A stretch of 37,929 bases of DNA. Source: Cyanobacteria bacterium J06626_4 (GTDB lineage Bacteria > Cyanobacteriota > Cyanobacteriia > Phormidesmidales > Phormidesmidaceae). The stretch lies in assembly GCA_038523235.1 (NCBI GenBank), contig JBCBJQ010000055.1, positions 1 through 37,929 of the forward strand, written 5' to 3'. Numbering within the stretch: the first letter of the stretch is position 1; every line of letters starts with the position of its first letter. Under the pieces are notes generated by a model. The model worked only from the letters and a program-made list of their open reading frames with translations, made no database searches and was not told where the DNA came from. The position numbers were made by a program, and so were the translations under genes. Of the stretch, positions 19,306-27,853 are shown piece by piece.

Positions 19306-19431
19306 TTAGGGGTGCAGCAATAAATCAGGGAAAAATCGGTTGAACTCAATCAAAATACCTGCTGTGACGACCATCCAAACAGTCGCGAGGACAGGAGCCG
19401 TCGACAAATAAGTCAGAAAGTTTTTACTCAT
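19306..19431 (-). CDS. psaJ: Photosystem I reaction centre subunit IX (41 aa; not in the ORF track)
   Basis: Hand translation: [41 protein letters not shown]. It has the PsaJ signature and lies between psaF and psaL. Confidence 0.97.
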   Translation of the reverse strand: MSKNFLTYLSTAPVLATVWMVVTAGILIEFNRFFPDLLLHP

Positions 19432-19467
19432 GGGTGCTCTCCAACGAGCGTGAACATAGCGAAGCGT

Positions 19468-19968
19468 CTAGCGAGGAGACACGGTGATTTCATCATCTTT
19501 GGCAAACATTGCGCCGCTGACAATATCTTTAGTTGCGGTCAACGGCCAAGCGAAGCCAGAGAGAGAACATTTGACAGCCAGAGGCACGTCGATGATGATC
19601 TCTTTCTCTTCGGGACTTTTTTCACCCCGAACGGCAATCAAGTAGGCCCGACCGACCCAGCCGATCCAACCCGCAATGTACAAAAACAGCAGACTCGGAA
19701 TGACGAATTCACCCAGGTGAGCCAAATCACCATCCACAATCAGATGGGGCAGCCCATCATCGGCGCAGAGCAAACTAGAGTTGCCATAAAAATCGAAACG
19801 CGCCTTAGCCTTATCCGTGGTGGCGGCAGCGGCACGCTTTTGGAAAGCCGCATTTTCGCCACAGGGGGTGAGGCCAGACACGTTATCACCTGCGATGCTC
19901 GCAGATGCCGGTAAGGCGAAGCCAAACCAGAGAGAAATTACAAGAGCCAGTGCAAACAACCGTCGCAT
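19468..19968 (-). CDS. psaF: Photosystem I reaction centre subunit III
   Basis: Start MRRLFALAL (ATG 19968). [55 protein letters not shown]. Confidence 0.97.
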   Translation of the reverse strand: MRRLFALALVISLWFGFALPASASIAGDNVSGLTPCGENAAFQKRAAAATTDKAKARFDFYGNSSLLCADDGLPHLIVDGDLAHLGEFVIPSLLFLYIAGWIGWVGRAYLIAVRGEKSPEEKEIIIDVPLAVKCSLSGFAWPLTATKDIVSGAMFAKDDEITVSPR

Positions 19969-20153
19969 ACAGTGGTTTCCCTTTATTACACAAAGGTCAA
20001 AGTTTTGAAGCCAAAACGTTAAGTTATTTGGAGGGGTTTTCACCCAACATTGCAGGCCATAATACCCTGCTGCCGATACTCGGTAAAGCAAAGCTGGCGC
20101 GGGGTTTACATCTCTCAAAGTTTTGTATTGCGTTTCGTAACTGACTTTTGTGA

Positions 20154-21200
20154 ATGACTACAGTCTTAGCCTTAGAAACAAGTTGTGATGAAACAGCCGC
20201 CGCTGTGGTGCGCGATCGCACCGTGCTGAGTAACGTCGTCGCCTCGCAAATTGAGATTCACCGTCGCTATGGCGGCGTCGTGCCCGAGGTCGCCTCACGC
20301 GCCCATGTAGAGAGTCTGGGCACCGTTACCGATACCGCCCTGCAGCAGGCGGGGGTGCAGTGGGCCGATATTGACGGGGTCGCCGCCACCTGTACGCCGG
20401 GGCTCGTCGGGGCTTTGATGGTGGGGTTGACGGCAGGCAAAACCCTGGCATTACTACACGACAAACCCTTCCTGGGCGTGCATCATTTGGAAGGGCACAT
20501 CTATGCTTCTTACTTGAGTCAGCCTGACCTGCAGCCGCCCTATTTGTGTCTCTTGGTGTCGGGGGGGCATACCAGTCTGATTCAGGTGAAAGGCTGCGGC
20601 GATTACACCACCCTGGGCAAAACGCGAGATGATGCGGCGGGCGAAGCCTTTGATAAGGTGGCACGGCTGCTCGATTTGGGCTATCCCGGTGGGCCAGTGG
20701 TTGATCGGCTAGCGGCAACGGGTGATCCCCAGGCTTTTAAACTGCCCGAGGGCAATATTTCTTTGCCGGGGGGCGGTGTACATCCCTATGATTCCAGCTT
20801 TAGCGGCTTAAAGACGGCGATGTTGCGTCTGATTCAATCACTCAAAGACGCTGGGGTAAACCCCTTACCCGTTGCTGATTTGTGCGCTAGCTTTCAAGCC
20901 ACTGTGGCCAAGGGGCTGACTAAGCGAGCTATTCGCTGTGCGATCGATCATCATCTAACGGCGATCGCCCTCGGCGGCGGGGTCGCGGCCAACAGTGGTT
21001 TACGGCAACACCTGGCGGTGGCAGCACAAGCGCACGGGCTGACGGTGCTGTTTCCTCCGTTGAAATACTGCACTGATAATGCGGCGATGATCGGCTGTGC
21101 GGCGGCAGATCATCTGCAGCGTGACCACCAGTCAACGTTTGCCCTCACCACCCAGTCACGCATGCCCCTTTCAGAGGTTATGGCACTCTATGGCAATTGA
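20154..21200 (+). CDS. tsaD: tRNA N6-adenosine threonylcarbamoyltransferase TsaD
   Basis: [71 protein letters not shown]. Confidence 0.97.
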   Translation: MTTVLALETSCDETAAAVVRDRTVLSNVVASQIEIHRRYGGVVPEVASRAHVESLGTVTDTALQQAGVQWADIDGVAATCTPGLVGALMVGLTAGKTLALLHDKPFLGVHHLEGHIYASYLSQPDLQPPYLCLLVSGGHTSLIQVKGCGDYTTLGKTRDDAAGEAFDKVARLLDLGYPGGPVVDRLAATGDPQAFKLPEGNISLPGGGVHPYDSSFSGLKTAMLRLIQSLKDAGVNPLPVADLCASFQATVAKGLTKRAIRCAIDHHLTAIALGGGVAANSGLRQHLAVAAQAHGLTVLFPPLKYCTDNAAMIGCAAADHLQRDHQSTFALTTQSRMPLSEVMALYGN

Positions 21201-21239
21201 GCCATGACTGCTGAAAGGGGCATGCGTGACTGGGTGGTG
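21146..21239. repeat. Perfect 29-bp inverted repeat spanning the tsaD stop codon
   Basis: CACCACCCAGTCACGCATGCCCCTTTCAG (21146-21174) and its exact reverse complement (21211-21239). Additional inner pairing GTTATGGC/GCCATGAC. Confidence 0.9.
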
Positions 21240-21251
21240 GAGCGAGATCGC

Positions 21252-21284
21252 AAAAAAATCCCCACTGGTGCAAGCACAGCGGGG
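21252..21284 (-). terminator. Probable Rho-independent terminator of the repeat-protein gene
   Basis: Minus strand reads CCCCGCTGTGC-TT-GCACCAGTGGGG-ATTTTTTT, about 50 nt after the stop. Confidence 0.65.
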
Positions 21285-21336
21285 AAATGTCGGAGAGAAG
21301 ATGGCACAGACACAAGCAAACTTCGGACGACCAGGA

Positions 21337-22131
21337 TTAGTCCTTATCCAGATTTTCGCGACGGCTTTCGTCTAAGCTAGCTGCGTCTTTTTCCAGATTT
21401 TCGCGGCGTAGCTCGTCAAACTTAGAGCCTTTTTCGAGGTTCTCTTGACGCAGTTCGTCGAGGTTGCTGGCGTCCTTATCCAGGTTCTCTTGACGCAGCT
21501 GATCAAAATCAGTTCCCTTAACTTGGATTTCGGCCACAGCATCTTTGTCCAAGTTCTCGCGACGGAGCTCATCGAAGCTCGCGGCATCCTTATCGAGATT
21601 TTCGCGGCGTAGCTGGTCAAACTTAGAACCCTTTTCGAGGTTTTCTTGGCGCAGTTCATCGAGGTCGCTGGCGTCCTTATCCAGATTCTCTTGGCGGAGC
21701 TGATCGAAATCACTGCTCTTGATTTGGATTTCGGTCACAGCGTCCTTGTCCAAGTTCTCGCGACGCAGCTCATCGAAGTTAACAGCATCCTTGTCTAAGT
21801 TCTCTTGACGCAGTTCGTCAAAATCAACGCCTTTGACGTAGACCTCAACAACAGCATCTTTGTCTAGATTTTCGCGGCGTAGCTCATCGAAGCTAGCGGC
21901 ATCCTTGTCCAGGTTTTCGCGGCGTAGCTCATCAAAGCTGATAGTCTTGACGGTGATTTCGTTGCTGGCATCTTTGTCTAAGTTTTCGCGGCGCAGCTGG
22001 TCAAAGTTACCAGCATCCTTGTCTAAGTTCTCTTGACGCAGCTCATCAAAGTCAGGTGCAGCGTAGGCTGCGGGAGCCACAGCAACGGCGGCAACAGTCA
22101 GAACGGTTAGGGCAATGGCGAAGCGTTTCAT
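21337..22131 (-). CDS. Secreted protein made of 14 tandem FDELRRENLDKDA-type repeats (function unknown)
   Basis: AAGGAG RBS at 22141-22146, ATG at 22131, Sec signal MKRFAIALTVLTVAAVAVAPAAYA. Repeats are conserved in protein while codons vary synonymously. Confidence 0.85.
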   Translation of the reverse strand: MKRFAIALTVLTVAAVAVAPAAYAAPDFDELRQENLDKDAGNFDQLRRENLDKDASNEITVKTISFDELRRENLDKDAASFDELRRENLDKDAVVEVYVKGVDFDELRQENLDKDAVNFDELRRENLDKDAVTEIQIKSSDFDQLRQENLDKDASDLDELRQENLEKGSKFDQLRRENLDKDAASFDELRRENLDKDAVAEIQVKGTDFDQLRQENLDKDASNLDELRQENLEKGSKFDELRRENLEKDAASLDESRRENLDKD

Positions 22132-22406
22132 CGTTTTGAACTCCTTAAGAGTGGTGGGTGAATCAATCATCTTGAGTTCTATAGTGCGGGGCTGTCCTGA
22201 GTGCTCTCTGACTGGCAAATAAGCCGGTCTTAATAGCTGCCTGAGAAATCTGAGAAAGCCGCCATGATTGCCTGAGTGCGCGTGACGCCCATCACCAACT
22301 ACCGCCACATCCCTGGAAACGTCGTCGCAGATCTCGAGAGACTCAGTACCATTGAGCTACGCCACGCCTCAGAAACAGGCATTTTGAGATGGGTGGAGCG
22401 ATCACC

Positions 22407-22925
22407 ATGAAACCGGGCAGCAAGTACTATCCCCTATATCAGCGTTTGGCCGCAGCCGAGGCCGACCCGCTCACCCTCACGATTGACGACATTGCCGCTT
22501 TGGTTGCTGGAAAACTCCCCGAAACGGCCCGCACGCAGCGATCGTGGTGGAGTAACCGCAGCAAAGGGGCGCTGCAGGCCAATGCCTGGATTATGGCGGG
22601 CTATCACACCGAGGCGATCGACCTGGAACAACAAACGATCACGTTTAAGCGCTTTCAAGCCGAATACAAAGTTCAACGGGTAGATGGCGGCATCAAATGG
22701 GATCAGGCCGCGATTCGCGCGCTGCGGAAACATATGCACCTGACGCAGTCACAGTTTGCCGAAACGCTGGGGGTACGTCGCCAAACCATCAGCGAATGGG
22801 AAAACGGCGTCTACGAGCCCGATCGCTCCACCACCAAGCATCTCGGCTTAGTGGCGGAAACGGCAGCCTTTGCCCCTGATCGTCAGCCACTCCCGGAGCA
22901 TGACGCTGACGAGGGACTGGCGTAA
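22407..22925 (+). CDS. XRE/Cro-type HTH protein with an N-terminal 'KY.PL...L...WW.N...AW..AG' domain (DUF7662-like)
   Basis: C-terminal IRALRKHMHLTQSQFAETLGVRRQTISEWENG is an XRE HTH. N-terminal SKYYPLYQRL...SWWSN...QANAWIMAGY. ATG at 22407 (or 22389). Confidence 0.85.
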   Translation: MKPGSKYYPLYQRLAAAEADPLTLTIDDIAALVAGKLPETARTQRSWWSNRSKGALQANAWIMAGYHTEAIDLEQQTITFKRFQAEYKVQRVDGGIKWDQAAIRALRKHMHLTQSQFAETLGVRRQTISEWENGVYEPDRSTTKHLGLVAETAAFAPDRQPLPEHDADEGLA

Positions 22926-23244
22926 AACAAAGTCTCGTTAGGAAGATTGTGGATGAGTGACAGGGTAGGGCGTAGAGGGAGGCAACGGGGGAAGAGATTA
23001 GACCATTTTTTTACGCGCCTAGCCCCCCTGCGATCGCCGCAACAACTGCATCCTGTCCAAACCATCGCCAGCGCCCCAAAGCCCCCACTCACCCGCCAAG
23101 CCTCAAACTCACCACCCCACAGTCTGCCCCCTCGCCCCCCGGCCCCCCTGCTCCCTCTATTCCTTTCGCCGGATGTTGACAAATGTCCGGCAAGCGTGCG
23201 AGGTTTGGTGAAGCGATCGCTCGTCCTTTACTGTCATTCAATCC

Positions 23245-23481
23245 ATGTCAAATTCTGAGCCTGTGGCTTTTTCCGTCCCTGCTGCCCCCAACGACGACAG
23301 CATTCGCGTCATTGTGGTGGGCACCGCGATCGCCGTCGATAACTTTGTCGCCACTCAACATCGGTTAGGGTTTGCCGAAGTTTTGGCCTGGTCGCCACCG
23401 CTGCCCACGCCCCACGACCGTCAAGTGATGCGAATCTTGACAAAACGCCTATCTTTACAAGCAGGCCGGCGTTCTCCGTAA
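23245..23481 (+). CDS. Small hypothetical protein of a recurrent cyanobacterial family (…H.LGFAEV.AWSPPLP…VMRIL…)
   Basis: 78-aa ATG ORF filling the gap before the helicase. The motif resembles small uncharacterised cyanobacterial proteins (recalled, not searched). Confidence 0.6.
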   Translation: MSNSEPVAFSVPAAPNDDSIRVIVVGTAIAVDNFVATQHRLGFAEVLAWSPPLPTPHDRQVMRILTKRLSLQAGRRSP

Positions 23482-23515
23482 GACCGACTAAAATAGAACG
23501 CAGTTATTTAGTTGT

Positions 23516-26224
23516 GTGAATAATCCAGTGCTCAATCTGGAAACGCTCTTTCCCTTTTCCCTTGATTCCTTCCAAAAAGAGGCCGTTCAAGCGCTGAACG
23601 AGGACAAGTCTGTGGTCGTCTGTGCCCCCACGGGCTCTGGCAAGACGTTGATTGGGGAATACGCGATCCATCGAGCCTTGAGCACTGGCCGGCGAGTTTT
23701 TTACACGACCCCCCTTAAAGCCCTTTCGAATCAAAAGCTACGCGACTTTCGCGAGCAGTTTGGGTTTGACAACGTCGGGTTGCTGACAGGCGACATCGCT
23801 ATCAACCGCGATGCCGCCGTGGTGGTGATGACGACCGAAGTCTTTCGTAACATGCTCTACGGCACTCGTATCGGCGAAGTGGGCACCTCGCTGGTCGATG
23901 TCGAAGCCGTCGTACTCGACGAATGTCACTACATGAACGATCGCCAGCGGGGCACCGTTTGGGAAGAGTCGATTGTGTATTGTCCGCCCGAGATTCAAAT
24001 TTTGGGCCTCTCTGCCACGGTCGAAAACGGCGACCAGTTAACCGACTGGCTGTGTCAGGTGCATGGCCCCACGGAGCTGATTTATTCTGACTTTCGTCCC
24101 GTCCCGCTCAACTTTCACTACTGCCACAGCAAGGGCCTGTTTCCCTTATTAGATGAGCAGCAGGGCAAAATCAATCCCCGGCTCAAACAGCGGCGACCCA
24201 AGGATTCTGCCCGGCGCGGTAAACGCGAGGGATTATCGATTCCCTACGTGGTAGGGCAGCTGCAAGATCGGCAAATGCTGCCCGCCATTTACTTCATCTT
24301 TAGCCGTCGAGGCTGCGATCGCGCCGTGACGGGCATGGGTAACGTCTCCTTGGTGAATGAAGCAGAGGCCGCACTGCTCAAAGAGAAAATCGACGAGTTT
24401 TTAGGCTGGAACCCCGATGCCGGTCGCGCCGGACAGGTGGAGCCGCTCTATCGGGGGATTGCGGCGCACCACGCGGGTATTTTGCCCGCCTGGAAAGGGC
24501 TGGTGGAAGAACTGTTTCAGCTGGGGCTGATTAAAGTCGTGTTTGCGACCGAAACCCTGGCGGCAGGCATTAACATGCCTGCCCGCACCACCGTGATTTC
24601 GAGCCTGTCAAAGCGGACGGATAGCGGCCATCGGCTACTGATGGCGTCGGAGTTTTTGCAAATGTCAGGCCGGGCGGGGCGACGCGGCATGGATGAACTG
24701 GGCCATGTCGTCACTGTGGAGTCACCCTTTGAAGGTGCTAAGGAAGCCGCTCATCTCGCCACGGTTGGCCCCGATCCCTTAGTGAGCCAGTTCACGCCCA
24801 GCTATGGCATGGTGCTCAACCTGCTGCAGCGCCACACGTTGGAAGAAGCACGCACTCTGATTGAACGCAGCTTTGGCCAGTATTTGGCGAACTTGCGCCT
24901 GGCCCCCCAACAGCAGGCGATCGCTAGCTTGGAAGCGGAAATTGAGCAGGTACGTGCCCAGGTCGAAGCCTTTGATGAAGCGGTATTCGCCGATTATGAA
25001 AAGCTGCGGGAGCGCCTACGCGAAGAAAAGCGCCTGCTCAAAACCCTGCAGCAGCAGGCGGCAGAGGTTTTGCAGGGCGACATGGGGCCAGCCCTGGCTT
25101 TTGCGATCGCGGGCACAACCCTCTCACTCAAAGGCAAGCATGTGCCGGTGGCCGCACCTTTGCCCGCCGTATTGGTAAGCAAAGTACCGGGCTCGGGCCA
25201 GTTTCCCTATCTGATTTGCTTGACCCGCGACAATCGCTGGTATGTCGTTTCCACCAGTGATGTGGTCGGGCTCCATGCCGAATACACCCGCATTGCGGAT
25301 GTGGATCATCTGGTGCCGCCCGCCGACATGCCCCACAAACCCGGCCAGCACCGCAAAGGCACGGATCTGACGGCAGCAACAGCGATCCAAATTCCGCAAC
25401 CGCCGCCGCTGGAAGAAATCGCTCCCGAAGTCAAAGATCAGCTCGAACGCACCCGCTCTGTCGAAGCGCTGATCGATAATCACTCCGCTCGCGACTACGG
25501 CAATCCGAAGAAAATGCTGAAGCAGTTCCGCCGCATTCAGCGCTTAGAGGAAGAGCTGCGGGATCGTCAACGGTCGCTGGCAAACTCTAGCGATCGCTAC
25601 TGGCAAGAGTTTGTCAGCATCATGGCTGTGCTCGAACATTTTGGCTGTGTCGCAGAGGGCAAGCCGACGCCATTGGGCGAAACCGCCGCCGCCATTCGGG
25701 GTGACAACGAGATCTGGCTGGGTCAGGCCCTCGCCTCGGGCAAGTTTGATCGGCTCACCCCACCGCAGCTCGCCGCCGCCTGTGCTGCCCTTGTTACCGA
25801 AAGCACTCGCCCCGATACCTGGGTCGATTACGATCATTCGTCGCCGGTAGACATTGCCCTGAGTGATTTACGTCAGCTGCGCCGCGAACTGTTTCAGCAG
25901 CAGCGTCGTCAAGAAATCATGTTTCCGATCTGGCTAGAGTATGACCTGATTGGCTTGGTCGAGCGCTGGGTCGAAATGGGCAAGACGTCTGAAACCGCTG
26001 ACCCCATCGGCTTTGGCAGCAGTAACAAAACGGGCGATCGCAGCGATTGGACAGAACTCTGCAGCAATACCAGCTTAGATGAAGGCGACATCGTGCGAGT
26101 GCTGCGGCGCACCCTCGATTTTCTGTCTCAGATTCCTCACGTGCCTCACATCGCCGATCAGCTGCGATCGAATGCTCGCCAAGCCTGCGACTGGATGAAC
26201 CGTTTCCCCGTCAACGAAAACTAA
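23516..26224 (+). CDS. Ski2/HelY-like DExH-box RNA helicase with DSHCT C-terminal domain
   Basis: APTGSGKT, YTTPLKALSNQK, VLDECHY, LSAT, FIFSRRGCD, AHHAG, FATETLAAGINMPART, QMSGRAGRRG, and C-terminal LDEGDIVRVLRRTLDFLSQI. Confidence 0.95.
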   Translation: MNNPVLNLETLFPFSLDSFQKEAVQALNEDKSVVVCAPTGSGKTLIGEYAIHRALSTGRRVFYTTPLKALSNQKLRDFREQFGFDNVGLLTGDIAINRDAAVVVMTTEVFRNMLYGTRIGEVGTSLVDVEAVVLDECHYMNDRQRGTVWEESIVYCPPEIQILGLSATVENGDQLTDWLCQVHGPTELIYSDFRPVPLNFHYCHSKGLFPLLDEQQGKINPRLKQRRPKDSARRGKREGLSIPYVVGQLQDRQMLPAIYFIFSRRGCDRAVTGMGNVSLVNEAEAALLKEKIDEFLGWNPDAGRAGQVEPLYRGIAAHHAGILPAWKGLVEELFQLGLIKVVFATETLAAGINMPARTTVISSLSKRTDSGHRLLMASEFLQMSGRAGRRGMDELGHVVTVESPFEGAKEAAHLATVGPDPLVSQFTPSYGMVLNLLQRHTLEEARTLIERSFGQYLANLRLAPQQQAIASLEAEIEQVRAQVEAFDEAVFADYEKLRERLREEKRLLKTLQQQAAEVLQGDMGPALAFAIAGTTLSLKGKHVPVAAPLPAVLVSKVPGSGQFPYLICLTRDNRWYVVSTSDVVGLHAEYTRIADVDHLVPPADMPHKPGQHRKGTDLTAATAIQIPQPPPLEEIAPEVKDQLERTRSVEALIDNHSARDYGNPKKMLKQFRRIQRLEEELRDRQRSLANSSDRYWQEFVSIMAVLEHFGCVAEGKPTPLGETAAAIRGDNEIWLGQALASGKFDRLTPPQLAAACAALVTESTRPDTWVDYDHSSPVDIALSDLRQLRRELFQQQRRQEIMFPIWLEYDLIGLVERWVEMGKTSETADPIGFGSSNKTGDRSDWTELCSNTSLDEGDIVRVLRRTLDFLSQIPHVPHIADQLRSNARQACDWMNRFPVNEN

Positions 26225-26429
26225 GGTGTCGCCCCCAAAAGGGCTCGGCGTTTAAACAACTTTCCTCAGGACGGTAATGTTTGCTGTCAGGATTGGACAG
26301 TGCCGAATCCCTGCGATCAGCCGACTATTTTGACGCAACTGTCTCCGATTGGCTCAGCCCATTGCACTTCTTCGTCAGTCGATGGCGCGATTGCTGGCCA
26401 GTGAGATCGACTCATACGGATTGTTATAA

Positions 26430-26472
26430 GTCACAAAGAATACTTTTCAGATCCTGAAAGGCCTCTTAGAAT
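26430..26472 (+). promoter_or_regulatory. Candidate NtcA-activated (class II) promoter of codB
   Basis: GTC-N8-TAC (26430-26443; consensus GTA-N8-TAC), then a 23-nt spacer and TAGAAT -10 box (26467-26472), 44 nt before the ATG. Confidence 0.55.
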
Positions 26473-26516
26473 GCGGCCATTCTCATATCCACATAATCCA
26501 TACGCATTGGTTTTCT

Positions 26517-27812
26517 ATGACAAGCATCACTGACCCTTCACCGGGTGCTTCCAGTCAATCAACCGAAGATTTTCCTCTTAGTTCGGTGCCCGAAACTGCG
26601 CGGAAATCGATGATTTCGCTCGCTCCCATCTTGGCGGGCTTTACTCTCTATTCTGGTACTCTGTTTGCCGGCGGTTTGGTCGGCCCTTCCTTTCAATTTT
26701 GGCCTGACTTAGTGGGGCTGATTTTACTGAGCAACTTGATTTTGGGCTTGTATGCGGCCTTTTTGGGTTTCATTGCCGGGAATACGGGACTCACCACCGT
26801 GCTGATGGCACGCTTTAGCTTTGGCAGCGTCGGTTCTCGCTGGGTCGATTTCATCCTCGGCTTTACGCAAATTGGGTGGTATGCCTGGGGGTCAGCGTTG
26901 ATGGCCCAGCTGCTCAACAGCTTAGCCGGAGTCCCTGAGTCTTGGAACTGGTTGATTATCCTGTTTTTTACCTACGGTTTTTGCTCGACGGCCTATATGG
27001 GCTACAAAGCGATGGATTGGCTGAGCCGCATCGCCGTGCCCGCCATGATTTTGCTGATGGTATTGAGTCTGTCGGTGGCAGCTGGCGATGTCGGCGGCTT
27101 TGCCGGTCTGCAAGCCCAAGCTATTGGCGACCCGCTGCCGGTCAACGTCGCCATCACGATTGTCGTGGGCACGTTTGTGTCAGGCGGCACGCAAGCCACT
27201 AACTGGAGCCGCTTTGCCAAGTCGGGTAAAGCCGGTTTTATCGCCACGCTGATCGCCTTTTTCTTGGGGAACGGCTTCTTGATCTTTAGCGGGGCGTTTT
27301 GCGCCAAGGTCTATGGCGAACCGGATATCGTTAAGGTGATGGCAACTCAAGGGTTGCTGGTATGGGGCCTGATTTTGTTCTTCTTCAACATGTGGACGAC
27401 TCAGGACAACACGATTTACGCCTTCTCAATTGCCGGATCTAACATGTTCCGCACCCGTAAACGGACGCTGTTGGTGTTGGGCGGGGCCACGTTTGCACTG
27501 GTGTTGGCCTTGGGGGGGATCTACGAAATGCTGGTGCAGTACCTGATTCTGCTCGGCACCTTCATTCCGCCTATTGGGGGCATCATCATGGCCGACTATT
27601 GGGTCAATCGAGGCGGCGAGTTTCCTGCCCTAAGCGAGCCGCAACCAGCGTTTAACTGGGCGGGCATCATTGCCTACGTCGCCGCGTCGGCGATCGCCTA
27701 TTTTACTAACGCCTCAGGCTGGGGCATTGTGCCCCTCAATGGCATCGTGTCAGCCTTGGTGATTTATGTCGTATTGACAAAACTCATTCCGGCCCCCCAG
27801 TCTCAGTCGTAG
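26517..27812 (+). CDS. codB: Cytosine permease (NCS1 family)
   Basis: About 12 TM helices with EDFPLSSVP, GLTTVLMARFSFG..GS, TQIGWYAWG, VGTFVSGGTQ..NWSRF, NMWTTQDNTIY, LGTFIPPIGGIIMADY. Confidence 0.9.
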   Translation: MTSITDPSPGASSQSTEDFPLSSVPETARKSMISLAPILAGFTLYSGTLFAGGLVGPSFQFWPDLVGLILLSNLILGLYAAFLGFIAGNTGLTTVLMARFSFGSVGSRWVDFILGFTQIGWYAWGSALMAQLLNSLAGVPESWNWLIILFFTYGFCSTAYMGYKAMDWLSRIAVPAMILLMVLSLSVAAGDVGGFAGLQAQAIGDPLPVNVAITIVVGTFVSGGTQATNWSRFAKSGKAGFIATLIAFFLGNGFLIFSGAFCAKVYGEPDIVKVMATQGLLVWGLILFFFNMWTTQDNTIYAFSIAGSNMFRTRKRTLLVLGGATFALVLALGGIYEMLVQYLILLGTFIPPIGGIIMADYWVNRGGEFPALSEPQPAFNWAGIIAYVAASAIAYFTNASGWGIVPLNGIVSALVIYVVLTKLIPAPQSQS

Positions 27813-27853
27813 GGAAACCTTCCCTCTAAAAACATTGACTTCCCGGCTCACAG

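Noticed and set aside
19969..20118. N-terminal extension of PsaF in the ORF track (similar extensions on the desulfurase, repeat protein, hpsN, udg and the 27854 ORF)
   Set aside because: Family-typical N-termini and RBS positions point to downstream ATGs; the extensions are just open upstream frame.
20100..20145. HLR1/RpaB-type site upstream of psaF (TTACA-like half-sites)
   Set aside because: The half-sites are degenerate and the spacing does not clearly fit the direct-repeat consensus.
21337..22060. Regularly spaced ~39-45-nt DNA repeats as a possible CRISPR array
   Set aside because: The repeats vary at synonymous positions, stay in frame in an ORF with RBS and signal peptide, and lack unique spacers. 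No cas genes are present.
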